The notes: generated from the sequence alone by a model not told the origin. Counted from the stretch's first letter, positions 39,695 through 50,962 are shown. The stretch: 64,000 nucleotides of DNA from Synechococcus sp. (GCA_051439605.1 JBFRWN010000098.1:1-64000), one strand, 5' to 3'. Made by a program: numbers and translations.

Positions 39695-40261
39695 TTACCC
39701 GTTGATAGGAACGACATCGCGGGGGTTGAAGCCGTGGGATGAAAGTTCTTGGGTGCGCTGAATGGCATTATCTACGCGGTCGACAAACATTACGCCATCG
39801 AGGTGATCGATTTCGTGTTGAATTACCCGTGCCAACAGTCCGCTTGCCTTGATGCGCTTGGGGCGTCCGCTAGTGTCTTTAAAGCTGACAATGATTTTAG
39901 AGGGTCGCTTCACATCCAAGAAGACCTCGGGAATGCTAAGACATCCTTCCTGTCCTAAAACAGCATCATTAGAGCGATCCCTAACTTCTGGATTGATCAG
40001 TACTAGGGGCTCGGCGTTCGGTTGATCGGGGTCGCAGTCCACAACAATTAAGCGCTTGTTGATGCCCACTTGTGGGGCAGCTAAGCCAATGCCATCAGCA
40101 CTATACATAGTCTGCAGCATTTGACGAGCTAAATCCCGAATGCTGTCATCGATCTTGGAGATGCGCTTGGCTGGCTGGCGCAGGACTCGATCTCCCAGCT
40201 TGTGGATGTCAAATGGTGGATTTTTAAGTTTGGTTTTGGGAACGGCAAGGGAGGTGGGCAT
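39695..40261 (-). CDS. def: Peptide deformylase
   Basis: GIGLAAPQVG, EGCLS and QHEIDHLDG motifs. Confidence 0.97.
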   Translation of the reverse strand: MPTSLAVPKTKLKNPPFDIHKLGDRVLRQPAKRISKIDDSIRDLARQMLQTMYSADGIGLAAPQVGINKRLIVVDCDPDQPNAEPLVLINPEVRDRSNDAVLGQEGCLSIPEVFLDVKRPSKIIVSFKDTSGRPKRIKASGLLARVIQHEIDHLDGVMFVDRVDNAIQRTQELSSHGFNPRDVVPING

Positions 40262-40827
40262 CGGATCTGACTAGTTTCAGTGAGGGCAGCGAAGACTGGA
40301 TATAAGATGCTTGCGAAATGTTACTTCTATCTTAACGAATTTTAGAGCTTAGGTCGAAGTCACTTCGGTTTTAGAGGGTCCCGGAGGGGAACTCCCGCCC
40401 CTGCGCTGGCGATCTCCTAGCACAGTCGGGTAGAGCTAATGGAGATGAGAACAAGCGCTGGAGGAGATACTGACTTAAGGAAAAGACTGTTTTTGAGGAT
40501 CGTGGGCAACGAATGCTCGAACTGTTCCAGCCGCGAAATATGCAATCTGCCACAGTGCTTCGCTGTCCGCAGTCCAGGTGAATATGTCTGAATTATGCCC
40601 GATGAAGTGCTTCTGTTCATCTGAGCAGCAGTACTGTTTTAGCTGGATACTCCGGTTTGTGGAGCATCTCGTGCATCGATGAATGGCCTCCCTAGGTGAT
40701 GGGCTTATCGACGGTAGCATCCACACAGATGATTGAAAACAGCATTTGAGACAGCTCAACCTCCACCAGTGGCATCATAAAAACAGAGCCATCCCAGCTA
40801 TACGTTTCTCACTCTGCATATCCTCTC

Positions 40828-43236
40828 TTGATTACGTCACTCGATCTTTCAATTCCCACTGCACCCAATATCCGTGCCGAAGCCCTAGAACTGCTGGAGT
40901 GGGGTCGATTGTGTTCGCAATTAGCTACATTTGCTGCCACCCGTTTGGGCGATCGCGCCTGTCAAGAACTGTCCCCCTGGATGTCGCGACAGGAAAGCGA
41001 GACTTTGCTGGCCCTGACCCAAGAGACACTCTCATTAGACCTGAAGATCCCAGGCGGTATTCCAATGCTGGGGATTTATCCGCTGGAACCATTTCTGCAG
41101 CGCTCCGAGCGGGGGGGGGTCCTGCACGGACATAACTTGCTAGAGGTGGCCAGTACTCTGGCAGGAGCACGCAAGCTGCGACGAGTACTGGATGAAGGGG
41201 AAGAGGTACTGTTACTGCAGGATGCCGTAGAAAGCATCCGCACCTATCCGGACCTAGAGCAAGCTATCAATCACTGCATTGACGATCGCGGTGAAGTGAC
41301 GGAGAGGGCAAGCGATAAGTTAAGTGGCTTGCGCAGCAATATTCGCACCATTCGCAGCCGCATGCGAGAAAAACTACAGAATATTCTTTCCGTCAAAAGC
41401 AACGCCGTTCAGGAGATGGTGGTGACCGAACGGGATGGTCGATACGTGATTCCCGTCAAGGCCACTCACCGAGATGCCATCAAAGGGTTAGTGCATGACA
41501 GCTCTGCCAGCGGGGCCACGCTGTTTGTGGAACCCCATAGCGTGGTGGGGGATAACAACAAGTTGCGAGAGTTGCAGGGGCAAGCGAAGCGGGAAGAAGA
41601 ACGCATCCTGAGGGAGTTGAGCGAGCAGGTGGGTGCGGTAGCGGACGATTTACGTCATCTAGAGGGGATTCTGACCCAGATCGACGTAGCGATCGCCCGG
41701 GCTCGCTACAGCCTGTGGTTGGGGGCTCACCCCCCTAAATTTGGCGAGACCCTGTCGCTGCGCCAGGTGCGTCACCCACTGTTGTTGTGGCAGTCGCAGC
41801 GGGAATCGGAGGAACCGTTTGACGTCATCCCCATCGACCTAACGATTGCTCCTGAAAAAAGAGCGGTCGTGATTACGGGACCGAACACGGGGGGGAAAAC
41901 CGTTACCCTTAAGACTTTGGGGTTGATGGTTTTGATGGCGAAGGCCGGTATTTTTCTGCCGGCCAAAGAGCCTGTACAACTGCCTTGGTTTGATGGGGTA
42001 TTTGCCGATATTGGTGACGAGCAGTCTCTGCAACAGAGCCTGTCCACGTTTTCGGGTCACATTCGCCGCATTGGTCGTATTTTGGCCACCCTTAATGACG
42101 ATGCGTTGGTACTGCTGGATGAAGCGGGGGCGGGCACCGATCCCAACGAAGGGGCCGCTTTGGCGGCCTCCCTACTGGCACATTTAGCGCAGCAGGCCCG
42201 TTTGACGGTGGCAAGCACCCATTATGGGGATTTGAAAGCGTTGAAATATCAAAACCCAGCGTTCGAGAATGCATCCGTAGAGTTTGACGCGGAGACTTTA
42301 GCCCCCACCTATCGACTCATGTGGGGAATTCCAGGGCGATCGCATGCGTTGTCCGTGGCCAGTCGCTTAGGACTAAATAGCGAGGTGATCGAAGATGCCA
42401 AGGGCCGATTGGGGGATGACAGCTACCAGGTGGATACAGCGATCGCTGGTTTAGAAAAGCAGCGGGCACAGCAGGAAGAAAAATTACAGCAACTTTACCA
42501 ATTGCAGGGCCAGCTCGAGCAACTGCAGCAGAAAATGGAAGACCGAGCCAAAGAGATTTCAGCTCGTGAGGCGGCTCTCGAAACCGAAAAAAAAGTGGCG
42601 ATTGAACATGCGATTCGGTCTGCCAAGGGGGAGGTGGCCTCGGTGGTAAGACGGTTGCAGAAGGGGGATGTGAAGGGGAAGGATGCCCATAAAGCCACGC
42701 AAGACTTGAAGCGGATTGCCAAGCAAACGAAGAAGGCGGAGCCCCAGCCGGTTGCGACAGAATTCTATCCGCAGGTAGGCGATCGCGTGCGGCTGAGGGG
42801 TCTCAATCAAATTGGAGAAATTGTTGCAGTTGATGGAGAGGAATTTACCGTTCGCAGTGGCATTTTGAAGTTCAGTTTGGGGCTGGCCAAAATCGAGCCG
42901 CTGGACGAAGCACAAGAGAAAAAGCGCCAGCGACTGAAGAGCACAGCGGCATCCCAAGCCATCGATCGACAACCCTCCGCCCAAACAGTGAAGGTGCGTA
43001 CCAGCAAAAACACCGTCGATATTCGCGGTCAGCGTGTAGCGGATGCTGAAATGATGCTGGATGACTGGATTGCCAACGCCTTGCCGGGTCCTGTCTGGAT
43101 TATTCACGGTCACGGCACCGGAAAACTACGCCAGGGGGTACACCGGTTCCTCAAGCAGCACGCTCGCGTGACCCAGTTTGAGGCAGCAGAAGCCGCAGAT
43201 GGGGGAACCGGTTGCACCGTAGCTCAACTGACATAA
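40828..43236 (+). CDS. mutS2: MutS2 endonuclease/ATPase
   Basis: GPNTGGKT, DIGDEQSLQQSLSTFSGH, LDEAGAGTDP, a coiled coil and a C-terminal Smr domain (IIHGHGTGKLR). Confidence 0.95.
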   Translation: MITSLDLSIPTAPNIRAEALELLEWGRLCSQLATFAATRLGDRACQELSPWMSRQESETLLALTQETLSLDLKIPGGIPMLGIYPLEPFLQRSERGGVLHGHNLLEVASTLAGARKLRRVLDEGEEVLLLQDAVESIRTYPDLEQAINHCIDDRGEVTERASDKLSGLRSNIRTIRSRMREKLQNILSVKSNAVQEMVVTERDGRYVIPVKATHRDAIKGLVHDSSASGATLFVEPHSVVGDNNKLRELQGQAKREEERILRELSEQVGAVADDLRHLEGILTQIDVAIARARYSLWLGAHPPKFGETLSLRQVRHPLLLWQSQRESEEPFDVIPIDLTIAPEKRAVVITGPNTGGKTVTLKTLGLMVLMAKAGIFLPAKEPVQLPWFDGVFADIGDEQSLQQSLSTFSGHIRRIGRILATLNDDALVLLDEAGAGTDPNEGAALAASLLAHLAQQARLTVASTHYGDLKALKYQNPAFENASVEFDAETLAPTYRLMWGIPGRSHALSVASRLGLNSEVIEDAKGRLGDDSYQVDTAIAGLEKQRAQQEEKLQQLYQLQGQLEQLQQKMEDRAKEISAREAALETEKKVAIEHAIRSAKGEVASVVRRLQKGDVKGKDAHKATQDLKRIAKQTKKAEPQPVATEFYPQVGDRVRLRGLNQIGEIVAVDGEEFTVRSGILKFSLGLAKIEPLDEAQEKKRQRLKSTAASQAIDRQPSAQTVKVRTSKNTVDIRGQRVADAEMMLDDWIANALPGPVWIIHGHGTGKLRQGVHRFLKQHARVTQFEAAEAADGGTGCTVAQLT

Positions 43237-43284
43237 GCTGGAGTCTCTGGTGACACCCAAGCTCTTCAAACATCGAATTGCTCT

Positions 43285-43944
43285 TCAGCTTGCAGGGGAG
43301 GGATTTTTGTCGTCTAGCTTCTGACCAATACGGGGTTCGGTGCCAGACAAGATTCGTGAAATGTTGCTGCGATGGCGCACGATCACATAAATTCCGCCAA
43401 TGGCTGAAAACCCAATATAGGGCCAGGGCACGCTGAAAACTGCCATCAATATCGGGGCAGACACCGCCGCCAAGATCGAGCTGATGGACACAATCCGTCC
43501 GATCCCCAAAGTAGCGAGCCATACTCCCAGAACGGTTAGCCCCACTGGCCATGCGATCGCCAACAAAATACCCAAACTGGTTGCGGCAGATTTCCCGCCT
43601 TTGAAGTTCATCCACATTGATTTGCTGTGGCCTACGATCGCCAGCAGTGCCGCCAAGATGACACACCAGGGTAAGACCAACTCGGGTCTTGGGGAAAGCA
43701 GCTCGATCGCGATTGCCTGCGCCGCCCACACAGCCGCTGCCCCTTTGAGTAAATCTACAATGAGGACGAAGAGTGCGGGACCCTTGCCCAACGTTCGCAG
43801 GGTATTGGTGGCTCCCGTCGAGCCCGACCCCTCCTCCCGCAGGTCAACTCCGGCGATCGCCCGACCCAGCCAATAGCCTGTGGGAATCGAACCCATTAGA
43901 TATCCAACAACGGCACATACAACTAACGCGATTGCTACGGCCAT
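43285..43944 (-). CDS. plsY: Glycerol-3-phosphate acyltransferase PlsY
   Basis: YLMGSIPTG, GSGSTGATN, DLLKG, FKGGKSAATSLG and HRSNISRI. Confidence 0.95.
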   Translation of the reverse strand: MAVAIALVVCAVVGYLMGSIPTGYWLGRAIAGVDLREEGSGSTGATNTLRTLGKGPALFVLIVDLLKGAAAVWAAQAIAIELLSPRPELVLPWCVILAALLAIVGHSKSMWMNFKGGKSAATSLGILLAIAWPVGLTVLGVWLATLGIGRIVSISSILAAVSAPILMAVFSVPWPYIGFSAIGGIYVIVRHRSNISRILSGTEPRIGQKLDDKNPSPAS

Positions 43945-44279
43945 CTTGAGTCCGAAGAATTCACCGTCTCGATTGTAGAAAGCAATGGCACAAATATCTT
44001 ATCTGCGTCAATTTCAGAGTGTATCGCCGCATCACTTTAGGTTACTGAGCCTACGCGCTCTCACAAAGATAGGGGTCAAAACTAAATATCGAATGAACTG
44101 CCCTCCAGTCCTCTAAAACGGAGGCTGTCAGCATACTTCATTCCCAAACGAGAAATAGATTTTGCCGTCCTAACTCAGATGCAGCTACGGATGCGCCCTG
44201 CTCCCAGCACCACAAACGCCATGCCATTTAGGGTAAAGGGACTCTGAGGTGTCTCCATCGGAAAATTCCCTTGGACAAT

Positions 44280-45032
44280 CTAGGATTGCTCCATCGTCGC
44301 AAATGCAGCAGTCAGTGCACCTCCCACCTGCCATCCTTGTGAAACGAGGACTTGATATGCCGCCATCAATGTAGAACCGGTTGTATAAATGTCGTCCACC
44401 AGCAGGATCGGTGGATGCAGGCGATCGCAGGATTCCACAGCAAAAGCCAGATCGACGTTCGCAACACGCTTCAGAGGCGAGAGACCAAATTGCGGAACTG
44501 TGGCCTGAACTCGGCGCAATAGGCGGCTCCGCAAGCGATTTCCAGTCACTTCACAGAACGCTCTGGCGATGGTTTCGGCTTGGTTGAATCCGCGCTCCCG
44601 CAGACGCTCGGAATGCAACGGAATGGGCACCACCCACCAGTTGTTCTGTTGACATTGATGGTTGCGATCGCGATCTTGGCCCGACCCTTTTTTCGCCTTC
44701 AGTTGATAGGGGCTCAGCCGCGAATTGCTACTAGCTTGCAGAGGGGGTTGTTTCACCCAACGCTGACCCATCCAACGCCCCAAAGTTTCCCCAATCTCAG
44801 GCTGGTGATTGTACTTCAGACTGCGGAGCGATTGCCGCAGCATCCCTTGATAAAGTCCCCAGCCAACCACAACACAATCTGCAGGAATGGCCAACCGAAC
44901 CACTTGCCAGTCACCCTGCTTGACGGGCTGCAGTTGAGCAGCGCAATCTCGACAAAAACATCCTTCTCCACTGGCGGTTGGTCGTTGGCACAGGGGGCAG
45001 GTAGGGGCGATCAGCCAGTCAAGCCAAGACAT
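44280..45032 (-). CDS. ComF-family protein (phosphoribosyltransferase fold)
   Basis: CPLC..CRDC zinc ligands, PIPLHSERLRERGFNQAE and LLVDDIYTTGST. ATG at 45032. Confidence 0.88.
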   Translation of the reverse strand: MSWLDWLIAPTCPLCQRPTASGEGCFCRDCAAQLQPVKQGDWQVVRLAIPADCVVVGWGLYQGMLRQSLRSLKYNHQPEIGETLGRWMGQRWVKQPPLQASSNSRLSPYQLKAKKGSGQDRDRNHQCQQNNWWVVPIPLHSERLRERGFNQAETIARAFCEVTGNRLRSRLLRRVQATVPQFGLSPLKRVANVDLAFAVESCDRLHPPILLVDDIYTTGSTLMAAYQVLVSQGWQVGGALTAAFATMEQS

Positions 45033-45240
45033 GGGTAAACTTTGTTGGGATAAGACGGGTCTAGCAACCTTCACGATGTCAGTCAATAGAGTAGTTGTAT
45101 GAGTTCTGATGGCGTGATGAGTGATGATTTCAGGGATGAACGTTTTGGGGTAAGGTCTTGAGGCTCAGCTCGAACGGGTTTGAGGAAGAAATCGAGGACT
45201 TACCAACTGCTCTGTAACGTTTGGAGACCGCGATCGCCGG

Positions 45241-46278
45241 ATGAAACTTTGGCCGCTAGTCAAATATAGGTGGCAGAAACTCCTGCAGCAGCTATCTGAC
45301 TCGAAGCCTCTGCGCCAGCGCGCGGTGGGGCAAACCAAACAGGGACTAGTGTGGACATACCGGTTAGTCGATCAGGTCACCCGTCAGGCAATCTCCAACC
45401 AAATTTCCACTTCAGCCGCGGAAATGGCCTTCAACGCCATGCTGTCTTTGTTTCCCACTCTGCTGTTAATCGTGGCCGTGCTCGGTAAGTTGGTCAATTC
45501 ATTGGACATGCTCACTACCGTAGCAACTACTCTATTGCAGGCAGTCCCCGGGACGGTGACGTCACTTCTGGAGGAAGCGTTGCTAGAACTGTCGGCGGGA
45601 GCCGATCGGCAAGTATTCTCTCTTGGTGCAATTACTCTGCTGTGGGTGGCCTCAGCATTCTTGGCACCTGTTATTCGGGCATTGAATAACTCTTACAACG
45701 TTCCCCTGAGCGCGCGTCGCCCTTGGTGGCTGAATCGCCTCCTAGCGATCGGCATATTTATTGGCACGATGGGATTACTGTTCACCTCTTCCATCCTGCT
45801 GTTGGTAGGCCAGACACTTCTGGGGTGGTGGGGGGCAGATCGTGCGGGGTGGAGCGAGTTCATGGTGTTCTTTGGTCAAATAAGTTTGTGGCCAGTCTCC
45901 ATCGGCAGTGTTGTCCTGGCACTCGCATTTATCTATCGTCTGGCCCCCTCCCAACAACCCCGATATGCGCCCGTATGGCCAGGAGCAGTAGCAGGGGGGG
46001 TCATTTGGCTGGTGGTATCAATGGCCTTTCGTCTATACGTCCGAAGTTTTGGCCGTTATGAAGCCATTTATGGCGGTATTCAAGCAGTCATTGTATTGCT
46101 GTTGTGGCTGTATCTCAGTTCGTTTGGCATTTTGCTAGGAGGAGAGGTCAACGCAGCAATTCATCAGCTCAGGGTGCAACACCGCCGCCAAATGAAGGAC
46201 CCACTGCTATTAGAAGGGAATGAATCCCCCCCGCAATCCTTTCCCTCTAGCACCTACCCAATTCAAGGCAAAAAGTAA
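45241..46278 (+). CDS. YihY/virulence factor BrkB family membrane protein
   Basis: AAEMAFNAMLSLFP, ALNNSY, WPGA and YGGIQAVIVLLLWLYLS..LLGGEVN. Confidence 0.9.
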   Translation: MKLWPLVKYRWQKLLQQLSDSKPLRQRAVGQTKQGLVWTYRLVDQVTRQAISNQISTSAAEMAFNAMLSLFPTLLLIVAVLGKLVNSLDMLTTVATTLLQAVPGTVTSLLEEALLELSAGADRQVFSLGAITLLWVASAFLAPVIRALNNSYNVPLSARRPWWLNRLLAIGIFIGTMGLLFTSSILLLVGQTLLGWWGADRAGWSEFMVFFGQISLWPVSIGSVVLALAFIYRLAPSQQPRYAPVWPGAVAGGVIWLVVSMAFRLYVRSFGRYEAIYGGIQAVIVLLLWLYLSSFGILLGGEVNAAIHQLRVQHRRQMKDPLLLEGNESPPQSFPSSTYPIQGKK

Positions 46279-46297
46279 CCCATTCTTGCCAAAAGTA

Positions 46298-46348
46298 CTG
46301 TTACTGCAGGTCAAGGAATAGTTCCTATTCCTTGACCTGCAGTAACAG
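46298..46348. repeat. Perfect 24-bp inverted repeat with a 3-nt loop
   Basis: CTGTTACTGCAGGTCAAGGAATAG-TTC-CTATTCCTTGACCTGCAGTAACAG. Confidence 0.9.
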
Positions 46349-46498
46349 AAGGGTTGAGAAACGACTGATTTGACTGATTCGAGAAGTGCTGTAGTCGAGC
46401 ACTGGATTTGGAAACATCTAGCGATTGTTAAGGCTCCCGAAAAGGAGCGATGCTAAACTCTGTGAACTGATTTCTTTCGTCTTAACTGTGTAATTCAA

Positions 46499-47737
46499 AT
46501 GGTTCAACCTCTTTCCACAGCGGCGCAGCCGCAAACCACTGCCGATTTGTTCGACCAACACGTGATGGGTACCTACGGTCGCTTCCCAGTGGAACTGGTT
46601 CGAGGTCAAGGAAGATGGGTTTGGGATAGCAAAGGCAAACAATATTTAGATTGCGTAGCAGGCATTGCCACCTGCACACTAGGGCACGCCCACCCCGAAA
46701 TGGTGCAAGCGGTCGCCCAGCAAATGGAAACTCTGCACCACGTTTCCAACCTTTACTACATTCGCCCTCAAGGGGAGCTAGCCGCTTGGCTGACTCAACA
46801 TTCCTGCGCGGACAAAGTCTTTTTCTGCAACTCAGGGGCGGAAGCTAACGAAGCAGCCATCAAGCTGGCTCGCAAACATGCCCACACCGTGCTAAATATC
46901 GACCAGCCTGTCATTCTCACTGCGCATTCCAGCTTTCACGGGCGGACGCTGGCGGCAGTTACCGCCACCGGACAACCCAAGTACCACAAAGGCTTTGCCC
47001 CTATGGTTTCGGGGTTTGACTATATCCCTTTCAACGACATTGCAGGCACCCAAGCTGTACTCGATCGCATGGGCGATCGCGTCTGCGCAGTATTACTCGA
47101 ACCCCTTCAAGGGGAAGGGGGAGTTATTCCCGGAGATCGGGCCTACTTCCAGTGGTTGCGGCAAATCTGCACGGAACGAGGCATCCTGCTCGTGCTGGAT
47201 GAAGTCCAGGTGGGCATGGGTCGCTCGGGCAAGCTGTGGGGCCACGAACAGCTCGAGATCGAACCAGACGCGTTTACATTGGCCAAAGGTCTAGCGGGCG
47301 GTTTCCCGATTGGGGCCTTGCTGTGCAAAGATTCTTGCAATGTCTTCTCCCCCGGCGACCATGCCAGCACCTTTGGTGGCAATCCATTGGCGTGCGCGGT
47401 GGGTTTAGCTGTTGCTCGTCTGGTGGACTCTGAAAACCTCGTTAACAATGCCGCCGATCGCGGACAGCAGCTGCGCCAAGGACTGGCTGACCTCGCCGAT
47501 CGGTTTCCTCTAATTGTGGAAGGGGTACGTGGTTGGGGACTGATTAACGGGTTAGTGGTGAAAATCGCTGCTGGCGATGTGGTCAAACAGGCCTTGCAAA
47601 CGGGCCTGTTACTAGTTCCGGCGGGCAAGCATGTTGTACGTATAGTGCCCCCCCTTAATATCACCGCCGCAGAAATTGAGATTGCTTTAGAGCGACTGGA
47701 ACAGGCGATCGCTGCTTGTGCCCCCCCCACTCACTAG
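46499..47737 (+). CDS. argD: Acetylornithine aminotransferase
   Basis: FFCNSGAEANEAAIKLARK, FHGRT, EPLQGEGG, DEVQVGMGRSG, LAKGLAGG and HASTFGGNP. Confidence 0.93.
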   Translation: MVQPLSTAAQPQTTADLFDQHVMGTYGRFPVELVRGQGRWVWDSKGKQYLDCVAGIATCTLGHAHPEMVQAVAQQMETLHHVSNLYYIRPQGELAAWLTQHSCADKVFFCNSGAEANEAAIKLARKHAHTVLNIDQPVILTAHSSFHGRTLAAVTATGQPKYHKGFAPMVSGFDYIPFNDIAGTQAVLDRMGDRVCAVLLEPLQGEGGVIPGDRAYFQWLRQICTERGILLVLDEVQVGMGRSGKLWGHEQLEIEPDAFTLAKGLAGGFPIGALLCKDSCNVFSPGDHASTFGGNPLACAVGLAVARLVDSENLVNNAADRGQQLRQGLADLADRFPLIVEGVRGWGLINGLVVKIAAGDVVKQALQTGLLLVPAGKHVVRIVPPLNITAAEIEIALERLEQAIAACAPPTH

Positions 47738-47897
47738 GCCAATTCTGAGCGCTAAAAAGCTTCGACCTCAAACAATTGAGCCTGTAGTGGACGTGAAATA
47801 TCCGAGCTAGCCTTGCTGCCTGCGCGGATTTCTTGAGGTTTCAGAAATAATTAGTTCTCTACGCTGCAACCATCGGAGAACACCATTACATCCCTGA

Positions 47898-48365
47898 CTA
47901 CGAACCCAATATCTTCTGTACAATCTGCATCCCGGTAACAGCCTGCCATCCAAAGATGCCCAGCATAGCCACGTTCGAGGCAATATGTAGATTGCGAGCC
48001 CATTCTTTCCCCTGCTGCATCAGAGGAGACATCCCCGCAGCCACAGCAACCAGTGCCATCATTCCCAAACCGGCCAGCAGGTGAGGTCCAACAAAGAGCT
48101 TGCCGTTATTGATGTAGGTGACGGCCATACCGCCAATCGTTCCACCCACAACCAGCACGAGGTAAAGAGAACCGATCAAGAAATGCTTTTGCGCAGGCTT
48201 GGCCTGAATCAGCTGCTTCTTCTCCGCCCCTTTTGCGGAACGAATCTTGCGCACCTGCAAACCCAATTTCAGGGCATAGATCGATAGCCCCAATATCAGC
48301 CACATCATGGCAGGGTGCACGAAATTAAGGGCCTGTTTAAGAATGGGGGAAAGTTGGATGTCCAT
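47898..48365 (-). CDS. DUF4079-family membrane protein
   Basis: FVHPAMMW, GGMAVTYINNGKLFVGPHLLAG and ARNLH. Confidence 0.82.
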   Translation of the reverse strand: MDIQLSPILKQALNFVHPAMMWLILGLSIYALKLGLQVRKIRSAKGAEKKQLIQAKPAQKHFLIGSLYLVLVVGGTIGGMAVTYINNGKLFVGPHLLAGLGMMALVAVAAGMSPLMQQGKEWARNLHIASNVAMLGIFGWQAVTGMQIVQKILGS

Positions 48366-48886
48366 GGTTCTGTTGGGGAGAGAAGACAGGGGTTCGGATT
48401 ATTAGGGGGTTCAGCTTTCAGGCCGTAGCTTGAGCTCGAGCGATCGCTCAAGCTTGACCGCAAAGACAAATATTGCCTGTGGAAAACCGCAGCCAAAAGG
48501 CACAACAGCAAACCAGCAGAAGCAGGAGCTTTGCAATAATCATAAACAATTGTAAAGCCTATCTGAAGGGATGTTGACTCCACTAGCGAATCTTGGAGTT
48601 CTCGAGCAAATTCCCTTGGGATAGTAACTTGCAAGGTATTGAGGACATCTTTAAGGAATCGAGAACTCTAACAGGGCAACAAGATTGCTGTCCTAATCAA
48701 AATAGACACAGCACGAGATGGTAGAAAACAGCAGGTGATTCCCGAGCAAAAGTCGGATCTTCTAAGCTGGCAATTCTTCCAAAATCATCTCGAGAGGATA
48801 CGATCCCTACAAGCTGCTCATTGGAAAAATCAGCGCATCTAATGTTGCCCCAGTGGCAGAATCTAGGTCCGTAGAGAATCACCTGT

Positions 48887-50962
48887 ATGAATGCTTCGGC
48901 TCCCGAATCGCAACAGTTTCGCTTCGATCGCCAACTATGGGATCGATTTATAGAGATTGCCCAGCCCTACTTCTATCCGGTGGGCAAAGGGAACACGATT
49001 ACATTCTTTGGATTGCTGTCAGTCATGCTGGTGGCGGTGGTTGCCTTCACCTTCTTATTAACCATCGCCGTCACCTACTTGGGACAAGTCCTCTTCCCTC
49101 CCAGTTTCTTCGAAACCGTCGCCGCTCAATTTGTGGAGCGCATTGACAATGCTATGGCAGCCAAGCTACCTTTTGGCGCTACAGCAGTATTGGCCACCTG
49201 CATCGCCATCTTTGGCCTACATGCCAAGCAGCTTAAAAATCGTTGGTTCCAGTGGGGACTGCTCACCTTCATTGTCTTTTTGCTGTTTGCAGTCACGGGG
49301 CTCAACGTTTGCTTGAGCTTTCTGTTTCGGTTTCTAGACACAACCTTAACGGTGTTCTATGGTGACCCAGAACTCCGCAATGCCGAAGCAGCGGTGGTAG
49401 AGCAAATTCAAGCCATGCACCGCGCCGAGTTCTGGAACCTCCTGCGGTTTTATGGGGTGATTCTGGTGGTTGCCGTGCCTATCCTGATTACCTACACCTT
49501 TTCTCGCCGCCAGCTGCGTCTGCGCTGGAGAAAATGGCTGACGCAACATTTCCTGAATCGATACTTCGAGGACCGTGCCTATTACGAGCTAGACTCTAAC
49601 GCAGCCAATACAGAAATCGACAACCCAGATCAACGGATTGCAGAAGATATCAACTACTTTGCATTGGAAACATTGTCGTTTCTGCTAGATATTTTGGGCT
49701 CCGTACTCGACCTTGTTTCCTTTTCAGCCATTCTGTTCACCATTTCCCTCTCCCTCGCCGGAGGGTTGAGTATCTATGCCGTAGTTGGCACAGTGTTGAT
49801 CGTCTACGTCAGCGCCCGCCTGATTAAGATTAATTTCAACCAGCTGCGCTTGGAGGGGAACTTTCGATACGGCTTGGTACACGTGCGGGACAACGCCGAG
49901 GCGATCGCCTTCTACCAGGGAGAAGAACCCGAAAATTCTCAAGTGCAAACGCGACTGCTGGCCGCCATCCGCAATGCTAATTTGCTGATTATCTGGGAAT
50001 CGATTATCGCAACGTTCACCCGGGCCTATAATCTATTTGCCCGCCTGCTGCCGTACGGTATTGTGGCTCCCATTTACTTTGCGGGCGACATCGATTTTGG
50101 CACCATCGGGCAAGCCAACTTTGCTTTCTTCCAAGTGTTTGGGGCTATTTCTCTAATCATCAATCGCATTGATGCGTTGGCCCGATTTGCAGCCAGCATC
50201 AATCGACTGGGTGAATTTTACGAAATCTTGGATAGACCCACCCATCACTTTGGAGAGCCCGACCTCAATCGACAGATTGAACTTCTGCCAGCACGCAATC
50301 TCGAAATTCGCAATCTCCTACTCAGAACTCCAAATTCCGAGCAGATCTTGACCAATGGCCTTGACTTCAGCCTGCAACCAGGGGAATGTCTGCTGGTTGT
50401 GGGTTCCAGTGGTTGTGGAAAAAGCTCATTAATGAGGGCGATCGCCGGACTATGGACCAATGGCAAGGGCACCATCAAGCGACCTGCTAGAGAATCCACT
50501 GTCTTTTTGCCGCAAAAGCCCTACATGCTGCTAGGCACTTTGCGAGAACAGCTCACCTACCCTAGTCCTCCCAACAGCATTCCTGATGATGAGATTGTCT
50601 TGACCCTGAAAGAAGTTAACCTTGGCGATCTCCCCGAACGCTTTGGAGGGCTGGATGCAGATGAAGACTGGACAGCAGTCTTGTCACTGGGGGAACAGCA
50701 GCGACTGGCTTTTGCCCGTGTCTTGCTGGCACAACCAAAGTACGCAATTCTGGACGAATCCACCAGCGCCCTTGACGTGGCCAACGAACGGTTGCTCTAC
50801 CAGTTGCTCCGTAAAAAAGGCATCACCTACATCAGCGTCGGACACCGCCCTAGCCTGTTGGAATATCACCCCCGGGTCCTGCAAATGGAGAAGGCAGATC
50901 GGGGTGCGCTCTATTCCGCCCCTGAATATCGGGAAATTCTTATTGGCTCCATGATGAAATAA
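48887..50962 (+). CDS. Fused ABC transporter permease/ATPase (YddA/BacA-like)
   Basis: IDNPDQRIAED, EGNFRYGLVHVRDNAEAIAFY, GSSGCGKSS, LSLGEQQRLAFAR and LDESTSALD. Confidence 0.92.
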   Translation: MNASAPESQQFRFDRQLWDRFIEIAQPYFYPVGKGNTITFFGLLSVMLVAVVAFTFLLTIAVTYLGQVLFPPSFFETVAAQFVERIDNAMAAKLPFGATAVLATCIAIFGLHAKQLKNRWFQWGLLTFIVFLLFAVTGLNVCLSFLFRFLDTTLTVFYGDPELRNAEAAVVEQIQAMHRAEFWNLLRFYGVILVVAVPILITYTFSRRQLRLRWRKWLTQHFLNRYFEDRAYYELDSNAANTEIDNPDQRIAEDINYFALETLSFLLDILGSVLDLVSFSAILFTISLSLAGGLSIYAVVGTVLIVYVSARLIKINFNQLRLEGNFRYGLVHVRDNAEAIAFYQGEEPENSQVQTRLLAAIRNANLLIIWESIIATFTRAYNLFARLLPYGIVAPIYFAGDIDFGTIGQANFAFFQVFGAISLIINRIDALARFAASINRLGEFYEILDRPTHHFGEPDLNRQIELLPARNLEIRNLLLRTPNSEQILTNGLDFSLQPGECLLVVGSSGCGKSSLMRAIAGLWTNGKGTIKRPARESTVFLPQKPYMLLGTLREQLTYPSPPNSIPDDEIVLTLKEVNLGDLPERFGGLDADEDWTAVLSLGEQQRLAFARVLLAQPKYAILDESTSALDVANERLLYQLLRKKGITYISVGHRPSLLEYHPRVLQMEKADRGALYSAPEYREILIGSMMK

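Noticed and set aside
40262..40827. 566-bp gap between def and mutS2 with several short ORFs
   Set aside because: None has convincing coding features; most likely a divergent promoter region. An RNA gene cannot be excluded.
48366..48886. Possible cobalamin riboswitch upstream of the BacA/YddA-like ABC transporter
   Set aside because: I could not find B12-box or other conserved riboswitch elements by eye.
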